52,458 bases of DNA from Candidatus Sigynarchaeum calidifontis (GCA_030587475.2 JAUQYZ020000122.1:1-52458), one strand, 5' to 3'; positions 27,967 to 38,041 are shown, counted from the first letter of the stretch. The notes: a model not told the origin generated them from the letters alone. Numbers and translations: made by a program.

Positions 27967-30168
27967 TTACTCGATTTCCCGGATACCGTTACAAGTTGGA
28001 CACGCAAGCGAGAGTTTTTCCTTGCACGCGTCGGCCGCGACCTCGGCGACGAGCGACTTCCAGCAAACCAGTTCCCCGTCCTTTTGCACCATCTCCCTGC
28101 CATGATGCTGGGGGTATACATTCGTCGTTTTGCACGTCTTGCAGATGATCTTGGTTGCTTCTACCTCGAGCTCGCTTGCCGAGATGTCCTGGAATTTACT
28201 CTTGTACCCGAAGACCCGGAACCCGTTGAATATGACGAGCAGCGATACGCCCATGTCACCGATGCCGACGGCGATGGCGAGGTTCATGAACCCCAGCACC
28301 GTGAGAATGGCGAACAAGACCTTAATGATGATCGAAAGCCAGATGTTCTGGCGGACGATTCGATTAGCAATGCGCTTGACATCCAACAGCACGAGGATCC
28401 GCGTGAGATCGTCGTTCATAATCGTGATGTCGGCAGCTTCGAGGGCAATATCCGTGCCGGAGGAGCCCATCGCGATGCCCACGTTTGCTTGCGTGAGAGC
28501 GGGGGCGTCATTGATACCGTCGCCGACCATGGACACGTGCATCCCTCGCTCTTGCACTTGCTTGATACGCTCCAGCTTTTGTTCAGGTAACAAGTTTCCA
28601 TATCGCTCGTCGATATACAAGCAATCACCGATGGAATCGACCGTCGATTGCGTGTCGCCTGATATGATCATGCTCTTGATGCGCCGGTTCTTCAAGCCGC
28701 GCACCAAGACGGGCGCTGATACGCGTAAATTATCCCGGATCGTGATCAAGCCAAGATATTCTTTCCCACGAGCCAATAGTACGGGGGTTTTTCCAACTGC
28801 CGTATATTGCTTTGTAGATTCTTCAGGAACATCGATCCCGAGTTCTTTTAGATACCCTATAGAGCCCGCGTGATATTCGATGCCGTCGATCTTGCCCTTG
28901 ATGCCCTTGCCCTTGATTTCCAAGAATTCCGACACGTGCAGCAAGGATGCACCTTTGAAACCTTTGACTATAGCCTTGGCTATCGGATGTTGGGAATTCG
29001 CTTCCAGACTTGCGACCAATTGTAATAATCTGTCAGGATGCAGCTTTTCACCCGATGGAACGACGTCGTGCACCTTGAGCTTGCCTTCGGTCAAGGTTGC
29101 CGTCTTGTCGAACCCGAACATGCTCACCTTGTCGAGTTCTTCGATGTATCTGCCACCTTTCACGAGTACACCCTCGCGCGAAAGTTTCGTGAGCGCGGCG
29201 ACCATCGAAAGCGGCGTGGATAGCGTGAGGGCGCACGGGCACGAGATGACCAGCAAAATCAATGCCCGATATATCCACGGGAGCGGGGCTTGATGGAACA
29301 CGAGCCACGGGACGACCATGAGCGATAGCGATGCAATGAATATGATCGGGGTGTAATAGCGGGCGAATTTCTGGATGAAAACCTCCATCTGGCTCTTGTT
29401 CTTTTGGGCTGCCTTGATGCTGTTAGTAATCCGGTCGATTAACGTGTCGCCAGACGCTTTTATGACCTCGATCTCCACGAGAGAATCGCCATTGATGCTT
29501 GAAGCATACACAATATCCCCGATAGCCTTCAATCTGGGCATCGACTCGCCCGTGATCGCGTGCGTGTCGAAATATGATTCCCCGGCCACGATCCTTCCAT
29601 CGAGTGCCACTTTCATACCAGGCTTGACCACGAGCACGTCCCCGACCTTCACGTCCCGCGTAGGGATCTGTCGTATTTCTCCCCCAACTTTCAGCAACGC
29701 CACGTCTGGCGCGAGCTCCATAAGCTTGGAAACGGCGTCCCTTGCGCGATCTGCAGACAAGTCTTCGAGCTTCTCTGCCACGGAATATAGCCATATAGCC
29801 ATGGCGCCTTCTTGCGCGTGCAAGATAAGAAACGAACCAATGGCCGCAACGAACATTAACGTAGATGCACCCAACCGCTTTTCCTTGATCTCGGATATCG
29901 ATGCCAAGACCACGTCGTGACATGATAAAATGACCGATATAATGGCGAAACCTTGAGCGAGACCGAGGTCTGCAGCTTCAATCCCCATCGTGAGCCACGA
30001 GAACTCGATGGCGATCGACAAGCCAAGCAGGATGCCCGACACGGTCAAAAACCACCAGAAATGTGTCTTGAACGCCGATTGCTTCCGGGCCTCCCCGCTG
30101 GTGCTTCCTGGTGCGATATTACAACAGCTATCGCAATGCCCACACGCATTTTCTTGCATAGCAGCCAT
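27967..30168 (-). CDS. P1B-2 heavy-metal (Zn/Cd/Pb) translocating P-type ATPase, ZntA/CadA-like
   Basis: TGES, SCPCAL, DKTAT (variant), SQHP, GDGINDAP, a TM Lys and GDMG. Cys-rich N- and C-termini. Confidence 0.92.
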   Translation of the reverse strand: MAAMQENACGHCDSCCNIAPGSTSGEARKQSAFKTHFWWFLTVSGILLGLSIAIEFSWLTMGIEAADLGLAQGFAIISVILSCHDVVLASISEIKEKRLGASTLMFVAAIGSFLILHAQEGAMAIWLYSVAEKLEDLSADRARDAVSKLMELAPDVALLKVGGEIRQIPTRDVKVGDVLVVKPGMKVALDGRIVAGESYFDTHAITGESMPRLKAIGDIVYASSINGDSLVEIEVIKASGDTLIDRITNSIKAAQKNKSQMEVFIQKFARYYTPIIFIASLSLMVVPWLVFHQAPLPWIYRALILLVISCPCALTLSTPLSMVAALTKLSREGVLVKGGRYIEELDKVSMFGFDKTATLTEGKLKVHDVVPSGEKLHPDRLLQLVASLEANSQHPIAKAIVKGFKGASLLHVSEFLEIKGKGIKGKIDGIEYHAGSIGYLKELGIDVPEESTKQYTAVGKTPVLLARGKEYLGLITIRDNLRVSAPVLVRGLKNRRIKSMIISGDTQSTVDSIGDCLYIDERYGNLLPEQKLERIKQVQERGMHVSMVGDGINDAPALTQANVGIAMGSSGTDIALEAADITIMNDDLTRILVLLDVKRIANRIVRQNIWLSIIIKVLFAILTVLGFMNLAIAVGIGDMGVSLLVIFNGFRVFGYKSKFQDISASELEVEATKIICKTCKTTNVYPQHHGREMVQKDGELVCWKSLVAEVAADACKEKLSLACPTCNGIREIE

Positions 30169-30515
30169 TTGAAATCATTCATGAATCCATTCTTCTCTTG
30201 CCAATGAAACTCACTGCGGGAATCACTTGAATGTGATCATTATCAATCGAACATCTTGATCGAGAATGACTTATGAAAACTCAGAGAGATAGTCATCATG
30301 GATACGAATTCCCAACTTTTATCTATCCAGTTGACCAGGAGAGGTATTCCTTGGCCTATCGGGAGATTCCCTATCACGGAGACTCGCCGAGCCATTCTCA
30401 AGGGAACACTATATGATAGGCCAAGATAAGATCCCGGTTGGTGCCTTTTGTATGTTGCCCCGGGCACAATCGCCTTTAAAAACGTGACCTGGACAAGGAA
30501 ACACGTGATACCCGC

Positions 30516-32255
30516 CTAGTAATAGGACGGCGGCAACAATTCCTTGGGATCCACGACGACATCGACGATCTGCAGGCCTTTCGCGTTCACGGCGTCGGAG
30601 ATAGCCTTGTCCAACTCCGCCAATTGATCGACGCGAGTTCCATGACCGCCAAAAGCATCCGCGATGCGGGCAAAATCGGTGAGCGGCCGGTCGGTCTCGT
30701 AAAATCCGCGATTAATTTGCCCGAGCTTCACGAAACCGAGGGAAGCATTATTGATCACGACGATCGTGCAATCCAAACCAAGTTTTACAACGGTTTCCAG
30801 GTCTGATAAACCGCCATTCATCAACCCCCCATCACCCGTTAGCAAGATTTTCCTTGGCTTGCGGGTGCCAGAGTCATAGGCATCGGATGCAATGCATGTA
30901 CCGATAAGAGCACCGAGCCCGAAACCGGTCGGCCCCACGCCCCGTGGCGTGATAATCTTGCGACCGAGAGCCTTCACGGGAAAATACGGCCCGATCCAAC
31001 GCGAGCTCGCGCTCGCATCGGTTACGAGATAGTCGCCAGCTTCCAACGCGAGCGAGATTGCCCGAAGCACGCGCTGGGGTTTGATGGGCTGCGCGCTGAT
31101 CCATTTCGCGTTGTCCTTCTCCCTGTATATAAGGTGCTCTTCACGTAGCCCGGCGATACTTTTAGCCCTTGAAGTGAGAATGGCAGATACATCACCATTG
31201 TATATACCCTTGAGTTGTATTTCCTTGATGATCATTGCGAGAGCGAGCTTCGCATCGCCAGCAATACCCCAGGAATGGTAATATTTTCCGATTTCGGCGG
31301 GATCGATATCTATCTGGATCATCGGCTTGCGATCCGGGGGATACTTGAAGTAGGCCGTGTCATCTTCCGTGAGGCGACTGCCAACGACGATCACGAGGTC
31401 CGCGTCTTTCCGCAAGTATTTATTGTTTGGAGCCTCGCCGAACAAACCGATGGTACCGAAATGAAAGATGCCTCCCTGCTCGCTAGGCATCGAGATTCCT
31501 TTTCCCGTTATCGTCGTGAAGACAGGTGCCACGAGCATCTCGGCAAGTTTTGCAACCTCTGGAAATGCGCCAGATTCAACAGCACCCCCACCCGCAATAA
31601 TCGCAGGTTGGGACGCAGCGCGGATCATGGTAACGGCGCGCTCGATCTCGTGTTCGGCAGGACCCGGCCGGCAGCCGTTGATGGAACAAGCCCCGCCACC
31701 TTCCACGAGAAAGTCTCCGAGCTGATTCTCGTCGGACGAGAAGAGATCCTCGGGAATCACCACCGCGGCTGGCCCGGGTCGACCGTTGATCGCCTTGCGC
31801 ATCGCGTAGATCAAGAACCGGGGCACGTGATCCGCCGAAGACGCCATACCCGCCCATTTCGTCACGGGTCTTAACGTGTCGACCACGTTCACGTCGTGCG
31901 GGATGTTGAGGAGCACGTGCTGGAGTTTCACCATGCCGACGATGGCTAGCACGGGACTCGATGCACCCATTGCCTCGGCAAGAGCGACGGGAAAATTCAG
32001 CGCGCCGGCGGCGCCGGCGTCGCACACCCCGAGCGTGCCCGTCACTCGAGCGTACGCGTCGGCCGCGAACGCTGCAGTTCGCTCGTCATTTACCAATACA
32101 TGTGTTATTTCCTTCGTTATCGAGAAGCCATCGTACAAGTCAAGCGTGTGACCGTCAGGAATGCCGAAAATATGCTTTACCCCGCGATTTGCGAGCATGC
32201 GGGCAATCCCCAGGCAGTTCCGCACCTTTTGTTTCACGTCCAATTCAGATGCCAT
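30516..32255 (-). CDS. Thiamine pyrophosphate-dependent enzyme (acetolactate synthase large subunit-like)
   Basis: GVKHIFGIPDG, NDERTAAFAADAYAR, GRPGP and the TPP motif GDGG...INN. Confidence 0.9.
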   Translation of the reverse strand: MASELDVKQKVRNCLGIARMLANRGVKHIFGIPDGHTLDLYDGFSITKEITHVLVNDERTAAFAADAYARVTGTLGVCDAGAAGALNFPVALAEAMGASSPVLAIVGMVKLQHVLLNIPHDVNVVDTLRPVTKWAGMASSADHVPRFLIYAMRKAINGRPGPAAVVIPEDLFSSDENQLGDFLVEGGGACSINGCRPGPAEHEIERAVTMIRAASQPAIIAGGGAVESGAFPEVAKLAEMLVAPVFTTITGKGISMPSEQGGIFHFGTIGLFGEAPNNKYLRKDADLVIVVGSRLTEDDTAYFKYPPDRKPMIQIDIDPAEIGKYYHSWGIAGDAKLALAMIIKEIQLKGIYNGDVSAILTSRAKSIAGLREEHLIYREKDNAKWISAQPIKPQRVLRAISLALEAGDYLVTDASASSRWIGPYFPVKALGRKIITPRGVGPTGFGLGALIGTCIASDAYDSGTRKPRKILLTGDGGLMNGGLSDLETVVKLGLDCTIVVINNASLGFVKLGQINRGFYETDRPLTDFARIADAFGGHGTRVDQLAELDKAISDAVNAKGLQIVDVVVDPKELLPPSYY

Positions 32256-32419
32256 GCTATAAACCTTGGATCTGTCTTTTGTAAGGCTTCTGACCCGCTT
32301 CTATTTCAATTCGACGGCGATGATCCAAACGCGTGAACGTTTTTTTAGAAATAAAAATGGGATGCATTGAAAAGCATATCATTCATGCAAAGCGTTGTTT
32401 AGAAGTTAAAGAGTGAGAA

Positions 32420-32523
32420 CGGGCGCGGGCGGATTTGAACCGCCGGAAACCGGCTTTCTCCAAGGAGAGTTTTCAGCCATCTTACCGAAGGCCGGCACCC
32501 TATCCGTGCTAGGTGACGCGCCC
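32420..32523 (-). tRNA. tRNA-Arg(TCG) with 29-nt intron at 37/38 (32456-32484), CCA not encoded
   Basis: Acceptor GGGCGCG/CGCGCCC, anticodon stem CCGGC/GCCGG, T arm GGCGG-TTCAAAT-CCGCC. Canonical BHB with central helix CTTC/GGAG and outer helix AAG/CTT. Confidence 0.92.
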
Positions 32524-32650
32524 CCTAGTCGTAAAGAGAATATTTCCAAGTCCATTTACCATTGCCACGTGTTCCACGCGCGTGAATGCGTTTCGGTATT
32601 GACCGGTACTATCTCATATCATGCGGGGTTACTTTATCGAAACGATGAAT

Positions 32651-32908
32651 TCATTCCTCCTCTTTATGCTCGGACGCCCACCACGCCTCATACTCCTTAT
32701 TTCTCGCCTCTTTAGATTCTCTCTTTATTCTTTGGCGTCGATTGTCGTCGTACATGGCGATGTCCTCCTTGAGCTTGTCGCGCATCTTGTCGAACTCGTC
32801 ACGGGTAAATGACAAACCGCACGACTCGCAAATGATCATTTTACGAGCAGGATTGAACCGCGTCGTTCCGCCGCATTCGGGACAGCTAACAGCTTTCCTT
32901 CCTGACAA
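32651..32908 (-). CDS. Small TFIIB-type zinc-ribbon protein with charged helical tail
   Basis: CPECGG...ICESCG; TTG start. Confidence 0.75.
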   Translation of the reverse strand: MSGRKAVSCPECGGTTRFNPARKMIICESCGLSFTRDEFDKMRDKLKEDIAMYDDNRRQRIKRESKEARNKEYEAWWASEHKEEE

Positions 32909-33115
32909 GGGTTGACCACTGTTGGTTCGCTCATCGGCATTTGAGTGCTAGGGCCACGGATGGTCGCTTTTCCAAATTGCAAGCACCACGTGGCACGAAA
33001 GAAATAGGAATCCGCGTTAAATAAATCTATGCGAATATTGGCACGCTCCCGAAGATTCGGGTGCTTCTTTTCGACAATAACCCGTCCTAGCAGTGAAGAT
33101 GCGAAAAATCTGTTC

Positions 33116-33853
33116 CTACACGTTATTATCCGCGATAGCCTTGATATCATCAGCCAACTTGTTCAGATTAAACTTCATAAGGCCTTCCTTCACATCTTTA
33201 CCATAATAAACGAGGATCAAGACCTCACCTGCCTTCTTCACGGTAATTTTCGCGGTCTCGCTAGTTATCGTGAAATCCGTGAGCCCCGAGAGCTTCAAGC
33301 TCTTGCCTATGACCGATGATTGCGACATCATGGATCCGGCTAGTAATGACACGTCCTCGAGTTTCACCTCCTCGGCGAGAGCCTTGGCGATGATGAACCC
33401 CTCGTAATCGAAGCATGCGACGGCTTTCACGTGCGGCGTGCCCGCGGCGAATTTCCGGATGATGTCTTGCAAGTTGTCACGAAGTGCTTTTTCAGCATCA
33501 GAGAGCGCAGCCTCATCGCGCTCGTCGAGCGATCGTCCCTTGAAGAAAGAGGAAGTCATCACGTGTCCCGTGGTGCCCCTTTTCAACTCGGTCTCGGACA
33601 TGGATTCCTCGGTCACGTAGTCGATCCGCGTGTACCCGCGCACCCGGTAGTTCTGGTCTAAAAATATCTGCAAAGCATGGCCACACGGGGTGACCGTGTG
33701 CGGGATCAACACGTTCGTCAGACCACCAGATCCAAGATCCTTGACGCTCAATGGCATGGTCACGGTGACCGCCGCTTTACATGTCGGACACTTGAGATTG
33801 AAGACCTTGGACGCGGACGTGTTTTGCGGCGTGGCACTCTTCGGCGCGGACAT
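33116..33853 (-). CDS. N-terminal Zn-binding domain fused to roadblock/LC7 domain
   Basis: CPTC...PCGH..QIFLDQNYRVRG, then VKAVACFDYEGFIIA...SLLAGSMMSQS...EGLMKFNLNKLADDI. Confidence 0.85.
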   Translation of the reverse strand: MSAPKSATPQNTSASKVFNLKCPTCKAAVTVTMPLSVKDLGSGGLTNVLIPHTVTPCGHALQIFLDQNYRVRGYTRIDYVTEESMSETELKRGTTGHVMTSSFFKGRSLDERDEAALSDAEKALRDNLQDIIRKFAAGTPHVKAVACFDYEGFIIAKALAEEVKLEDVSLLAGSMMSQSSVIGKSLKLSGLTDFTITSETAKITVKKAGEVLILVYYGKDVKEGLMKFNLNKLADDIKAIADNNV

Positions 33854-33893
33854 GTTCCATGACTCCCGATATCGTCGATCGATCAGTGGAATT

Positions 33894-33917
33894 CCACGTG
33901 ACTATTTAAACACGTGG
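33894..33917. promoter_or_regulatory. TATA box bracketed by an inverted repeat in the divergent roadblock/MBL intergenic region
   Basis: CCACGTG-ACTATTTAAA-CACGTGG. Confidence 0.4.
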
Positions 33918-34026
33918 TTTGCGGGAAAAAAATTTATCTCTCCTCGCCGGATGTCGAGGTACCGCAATCATGATTAATCGATTGATTATTTGCAGAATCC
34001 AATCATCGATGGAGAGGCAATAAATC

Positions 34027-34665
34027 ATGGAAATCAAATGGATCGCGCACGCATGCTTCCAGATCACGGCGGGAAACGACGTGATCTACACGGATCCATA
34101 CGAGGTGCCGGCAGGCATGCCGAAGGCGACCATCATCCTGGTATCGCACGATCATTACGACCATGCTGATGACCACTGCATTGCTTCGCTCAAGGGCGAT
34201 GCTACGGTTGTGGTCTGCCCGAAATCGTGCCAAGGCAAGCTCGCAAAGTTCAAGCCGCGGGCTATAGAGCCTGGGGAATCGATCGAGATAAACAATATCA
34301 AGGTCCAGGCGGTACCCGCGTACACGTTCCCTGGAAAGCCGTTCCATCCGAAAGCGAACAAGTGGAACGGTTACGTCGCCGAGATCCAGGGCAAGAAGGT
34401 GTATCACGCGGGTGACTGCGACATCATGGACGACATGAAAGCCCTCGCCGCGCTGGCCATCGACGTAGCCATGCTCCCTGTTGGTGACAAGGGCTTCACG
34501 ATGGATTTCAAGGACGCGGCGAAGGCGACGGGGTACATCAAACCCAAGATCATGGTTCCCATGCACGACTGGGACCAGGATCTCGCCCCGCTCGCGAAGC
34601 TGGTCGCGAAGGAGGCACCGGGCGTGAGGGTGGAGGTGTTAAAAGGGAGATCCTTGACCTTATAG
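34027..34665 (+). CDS. Metallo-beta-lactamase-fold hydrolase
   Basis: WIAHACF, YTDPY, SHDHYDH, YHAGD and VPMHD. Confidence 0.92.
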   Translation: MEIKWIAHACFQITAGNDVIYTDPYEVPAGMPKATIILVSHDHYDHADDHCIASLKGDATVVVCPKSCQGKLAKFKPRAIEPGESIEINNIKVQAVPAYTFPGKPFHPKANKWNGYVAEIQGKKVYHAGDCDIMDDMKALAALAIDVAMLPVGDKGFTMDFKDAAKATGYIKPKIMVPMHDWDQDLAPLAKLVAKEAPGVRVEVLKGRSLTL

Positions 34666-34671
34666 GCAGAT

Positions 34672-35247
34672 TCAGAGCAAGTTCTTCAAGGATTTTTCGA
34701 TCTTTTTTATCTCGGCTTGTAGCATGTTGATCTTGTCATAAATGATGGAAATATACTTCAATTTCATCTCTTTGGTGGGCAATTCGCTAATTTTCTGTCG
34801 CAAGTCGTAGAGAGTGAGGTTGAGTAGCTTGTTGTCGAGATTTCCCTCGAGCTCATCGAGGTTAACGTGGAACGAGATTTTCAACCCCTTCTCTGCGAGG
34901 CCCGAGAAGAACATGCGGATCTTGGAATTGAAAAACATGTACTGACGTTCCATCTCGGGTAGCAATTCCTTGCCGCGCTCCGTGATGTAATATTGCTTCT
35001 GCGTGCGGCCCGAGACGATGCGCTCGTGGAAATCGAGCAACCCTTTCTTCTTCAGATCTGTGAGCACAGGGTAGATGCTGGAATCCGTCTCGAAAAACTC
35101 CTTCGTGTCGCCAAATTCTGCCTCGATCCGCTTTTTCAACTCGTAGCCGTGGATCTCGGCGTCACCCGAGTTCAATATGGACAAGATGATGAAATGCGAG
35201 AAGCTACGCCGCATCTTCTTGAAATACTTGGCGATCTCGTCTTGCAT
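34672..35247 (-). CDS. PadR-family transcriptional regulator
   Basis: ILSIL...HGYELKKRIE...SIYPVLTDL...KQYYITERG. Confidence 0.9.
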   Translation of the reverse strand: MQDEIAKYFKKMRRSFSHFIILSILNSGDAEIHGYELKKRIEAEFGDTKEFFETDSSIYPVLTDLKKKGLLDFHERIVSGRTQKQYYITERGKELLPEMERQYMFFNSKIRMFFSGLAEKGLKISFHVNLDELEGNLDNKLLNLTLYDLRQKISELPTKEMKLKYISIIYDKINMLQAEIKKIEKSLKNLL

Positions 35248-35377
35248 GGTCGTCCATCGGGTCAATCCTCGCAGCGTGCGAGGAATGTTGCTATGCACGG
35301 TAATAAGAACGTGGGGCTATTAATTGGATATACCTTTTAACGAAAACCCACGGGGATTCGGGGAGGTGCCGAAGACC

Positions 35378-36976
35378 TCAACCGAAGTGGCCATGCAGCT
35401 TCCCCATCCATTGCTCGAGCCGCTTCAGCTCTTTCTGTGCCCGCGAATCCCCGTGCTTGAAGAGCTCTTCCTGAATCATCTTTGCCTTGTACACGCGGTT
35501 GTATGCCGTTTGAAAATCCTTGTTTTTTTCAGCAATCTTCGCCTCCTTCACGTAAGCGTCGTACATGGCCTTGTAGTTCCGGATGAGCCGCTTCACCTCC
35601 TTCGATATGAATTTTTCCATCTCGCTATCCTGGAGCACGAGTGATACGATGAAATTGAGCGCTTTATCGAGATTGTAATTGCCCTTGACCGAGATCTCGA
35701 AGATCGCCTTTGGGGAACGGTCGATCTCGTCGTAGTCGAGGGCACTCTGGACGAGGACGAGAGGTTTTGCGTCGGGCAAGTCGACCTTGTTCACGAGCAC
35801 GAGGAGCGGCTTGTTTCGCGTGTCGGGGTGCCTCAATATCGACCACAATGCGTCCTTGGCCTCGTCGAACCTGGCGGCATCCGCCGCGTCGATGATGAAG
35901 ATCATGAGATCCTGGTTCTGCCAATAATTCATCCAGGCCGAGCGGAACGCCTTCTGCCCCCCAAGATCGTTGAAGGCGAATCGAACGTTGCCAAGGACGA
36001 GATGCGTGAGGTTAACGCCGAGGGTAGGCGTTTGATCCTTGAAACCATCATTCTTGAGGTATTCGACGAACGTCGTCTTGCCAGCCCTGTCCAAACCGAA
36101 TAAAAAAATGGAAACGACCTTGAGCGCCTTCTTGCCGCTTTGCTCGGCCGCCGCGGCCTCATCCTTCAGAACCCCGAGGTACGAGCGGCTCGGTTTCTCC
36201 GCTTCGGCCTTTTCTTTATCTTCGATCGCCTTCTGCACCTTTATGATGGTCGTGGTTAGCTTCTGATATTCCTTGCCGCTCGGCAAGATGCCGAATTGGA
36301 ACAAGTTGGAAGAGATCTCCTTTGCCAGGTTCAAGCAAGCGAGCGCATCCTCGAGATTGCCGTTTTTAAAATGGTCGGCTCCTTTTTGGGAAAATTCCTT
36401 GTAACTAGATAGCATAATACGGGATAGTTGCTTGATCTCCTCGCTGACGAAATATTCGATGGCCTCGTCCTTGAGGACGATGCTGGTCATGGCGTTCAGC
36501 ACGGCGTCCATGTTCGTGCCCGTTTTTGCCGATACCTCGTAGATGGCCCAGTCCCGGTCAGCGTATTCGCGCAGCTGGTACCGTTCCATCACGGCCATTT
36601 TTGACATGGCCAGGGGCTCGTCGATCTTGTTGATGAGAATGAGCAGCGGCGTGCCCGCGACCTTCGGGTTCTTGAGCATCCGGTCCAGCTCGCCTTTCGC
36701 GTCGTTGATGTGGTTTTCGTCACGGTTGAGCCCGTCTATGACGAATACCAGCACGTGCGGCCGTGCCAGGTACGAGTTCCACTGCTTGCGGAAAATTTCT
36801 TGCCCGCCGACATCCGTGAATTCGAGCACGAGCTTTTGGAAGATGAGCTGGCTGATCGACACGCCCATCGTCGGTGTTTGTGGCACGAACTTTCGCTGGC
36901 GGAAATATTCGATGATCGTGCTCTTGCCGGCACGAGACAGGCCGAAGACGAAAACTCCGATTTTTTTCGCCGACAT
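35378..36976 (-). CDS. Tandem double Arf/Sar-like small GTPase, each G domain followed by a helical-bundle module
   Basis: Unit 1: GLSRAGKST, PTMG, DVGGQ, NKID, SAK. Unit 2: GLDRAGKTT, PTLG, DLGGQ, NKVD, SVK. Confidence 0.92.
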   Translation of the reverse strand: MSAKKIGVFVFGLSRAGKSTIIEYFRQRKFVPQTPTMGVSISQLIFQKLVLEFTDVGGQEIFRKQWNSYLARPHVLVFVIDGLNRDENHINDAKGELDRMLKNPKVAGTPLLILINKIDEPLAMSKMAVMERYQLREYADRDWAIYEVSAKTGTNMDAVLNAMTSIVLKDEAIEYFVSEEIKQLSRIMLSSYKEFSQKGADHFKNGNLEDALACLNLAKEISSNLFQFGILPSGKEYQKLTTTIIKVQKAIEDKEKAEAEKPSRSYLGVLKDEAAAAEQSGKKALKVVSIFLFGLDRAGKTTFVEYLKNDGFKDQTPTLGVNLTHLVLGNVRFAFNDLGGQKAFRSAWMNYWQNQDLMIFIIDAADAARFDEAKDALWSILRHPDTRNKPLLVLVNKVDLPDAKPLVLVQSALDYDEIDRSPKAIFEISVKGNYNLDKALNFIVSLVLQDSEMEKFISKEVKRLIRNYKAMYDAYVKEAKIAEKNKDFQTAYNRVYKAKMIQEELFKHGDSRAQKELKRLEQWMGKLHGHFG

Positions 36977-37175
36977 TGATGATCCCCCAGTTTGCTAGAC
37001 CGGCACACCTTTGTTTATAGGAATATGGTAGCACCAGTACAAAAGAACTAGTCAAGGATATAGCGGTTACCATCTTGAGATATACAAAATCAGCAGTGCT
37101 GGATCAAAGTTGATTTCATGCCGGTGAAAAAAAGGTGGAGAAAGAGGCTGTCGAGCTTGAACCGGGTGGATTTCG

Positions 37176-37862
37176 TTACTTTCCTTTTCCTTTCGTGAAT
37201 CCAAGTAGGATTATGAAGTACAGCACGCCGATAAACAGCCCCATGACGAACAACAAGTCCGACATTAGGACCCACACGTAGATCATATAGATCGTCGGGA
37301 GCGCGAAGATAATCGCCAAGAAGATAACTGGCCACACGGGTATCCGTGCCTGGGTTATCTTGATCTCGTAGAGCATGGGCAAGATCATCATGAGGATGTC
37401 AACCGTGATCATGAGCTGGAACGGGGGGAGCATTGGGTTCGAGCGATCCAACAGCGGCAACCACACGATGCCCCCGAAATTTTGCGTGAGGGGTCTCGTC
37501 CTGAGATCCCCGTTGAATGCAGGAAGAATAGCCCCCATCAAGAACAGCACCCCGACACCGACGGCGTAGAGAATGATCGAGTTCGCGTAATCGGAGTCCT
37601 TGCGCTTATCCTTCCCTTTCATGGCGTAATTCGTGATCATGTCACGCACGAGAGCGATCGTCCATAACACGAGTAATATGACCACCGAACCAAGATAATC
37701 GAAGCCTATCCACCAGACATATGCAAAAACGATGGTGGCGATCACGTAAACGAGGCTATCGAGTCGTTCCCTTCGCTTGAATAGCTTGTAGAGGAGAAAG
37801 ACCGCGTATATCAGTAGCAAAACGAGGATCATTGCGATCTGGTCGGGAGCTTGGAGTATCAT
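37176..37862 (-). CDS. Multi-pass membrane protein of unknown function
   Basis: 228 aa with about 7 hydrophobic segments. Confidence 0.75.
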   Translation of the reverse strand: MILQAPDQIAMILVLLLIYAVFLLYKLFKRRERLDSLVYVIATIVFAYVWWIGFDYLGSVVILLVLWTIALVRDMITNYAMKGKDKRKDSDYANSIILYAVGVGVLFLMGAILPAFNGDLRTRPLTQNFGGIVWLPLLDRSNPMLPPFQLMITVDILMMILPMLYEIKITQARIPVWPVIFLAIIFALPTIYMIYVWVLMSDLLFVMGLFIGVLYFIILLGFTKGKGK

Positions 37863-38041
37863 GATGGGTGCACCCTTGAAAAAATGTGCTTTTTGTATTA
37901 TTTTACGTCAGATCAGTGTAATAAAAATAACCACTACGACCTGGAAGGAAAAACCACTTGGTGTCGAAAATGACCAGAAACAGAAACAGAGATAGTGAGG
38001 CAAAAAAGAGAAAGAAGACCAATTAAAAATTTACATGGCAT

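Noticed and set aside
30243-30467. 74-aa minus-strand ORF upstream of the P1B ATPase
   Set aside because: No motif, atypical composition and weak start; probably intergenic.
30502-33917. Recurrent intergenic CACGTG as an E-box-like regulon
   Set aside because: The hexamer is also frequent inside coding regions across the window, so enrichment is not supported.
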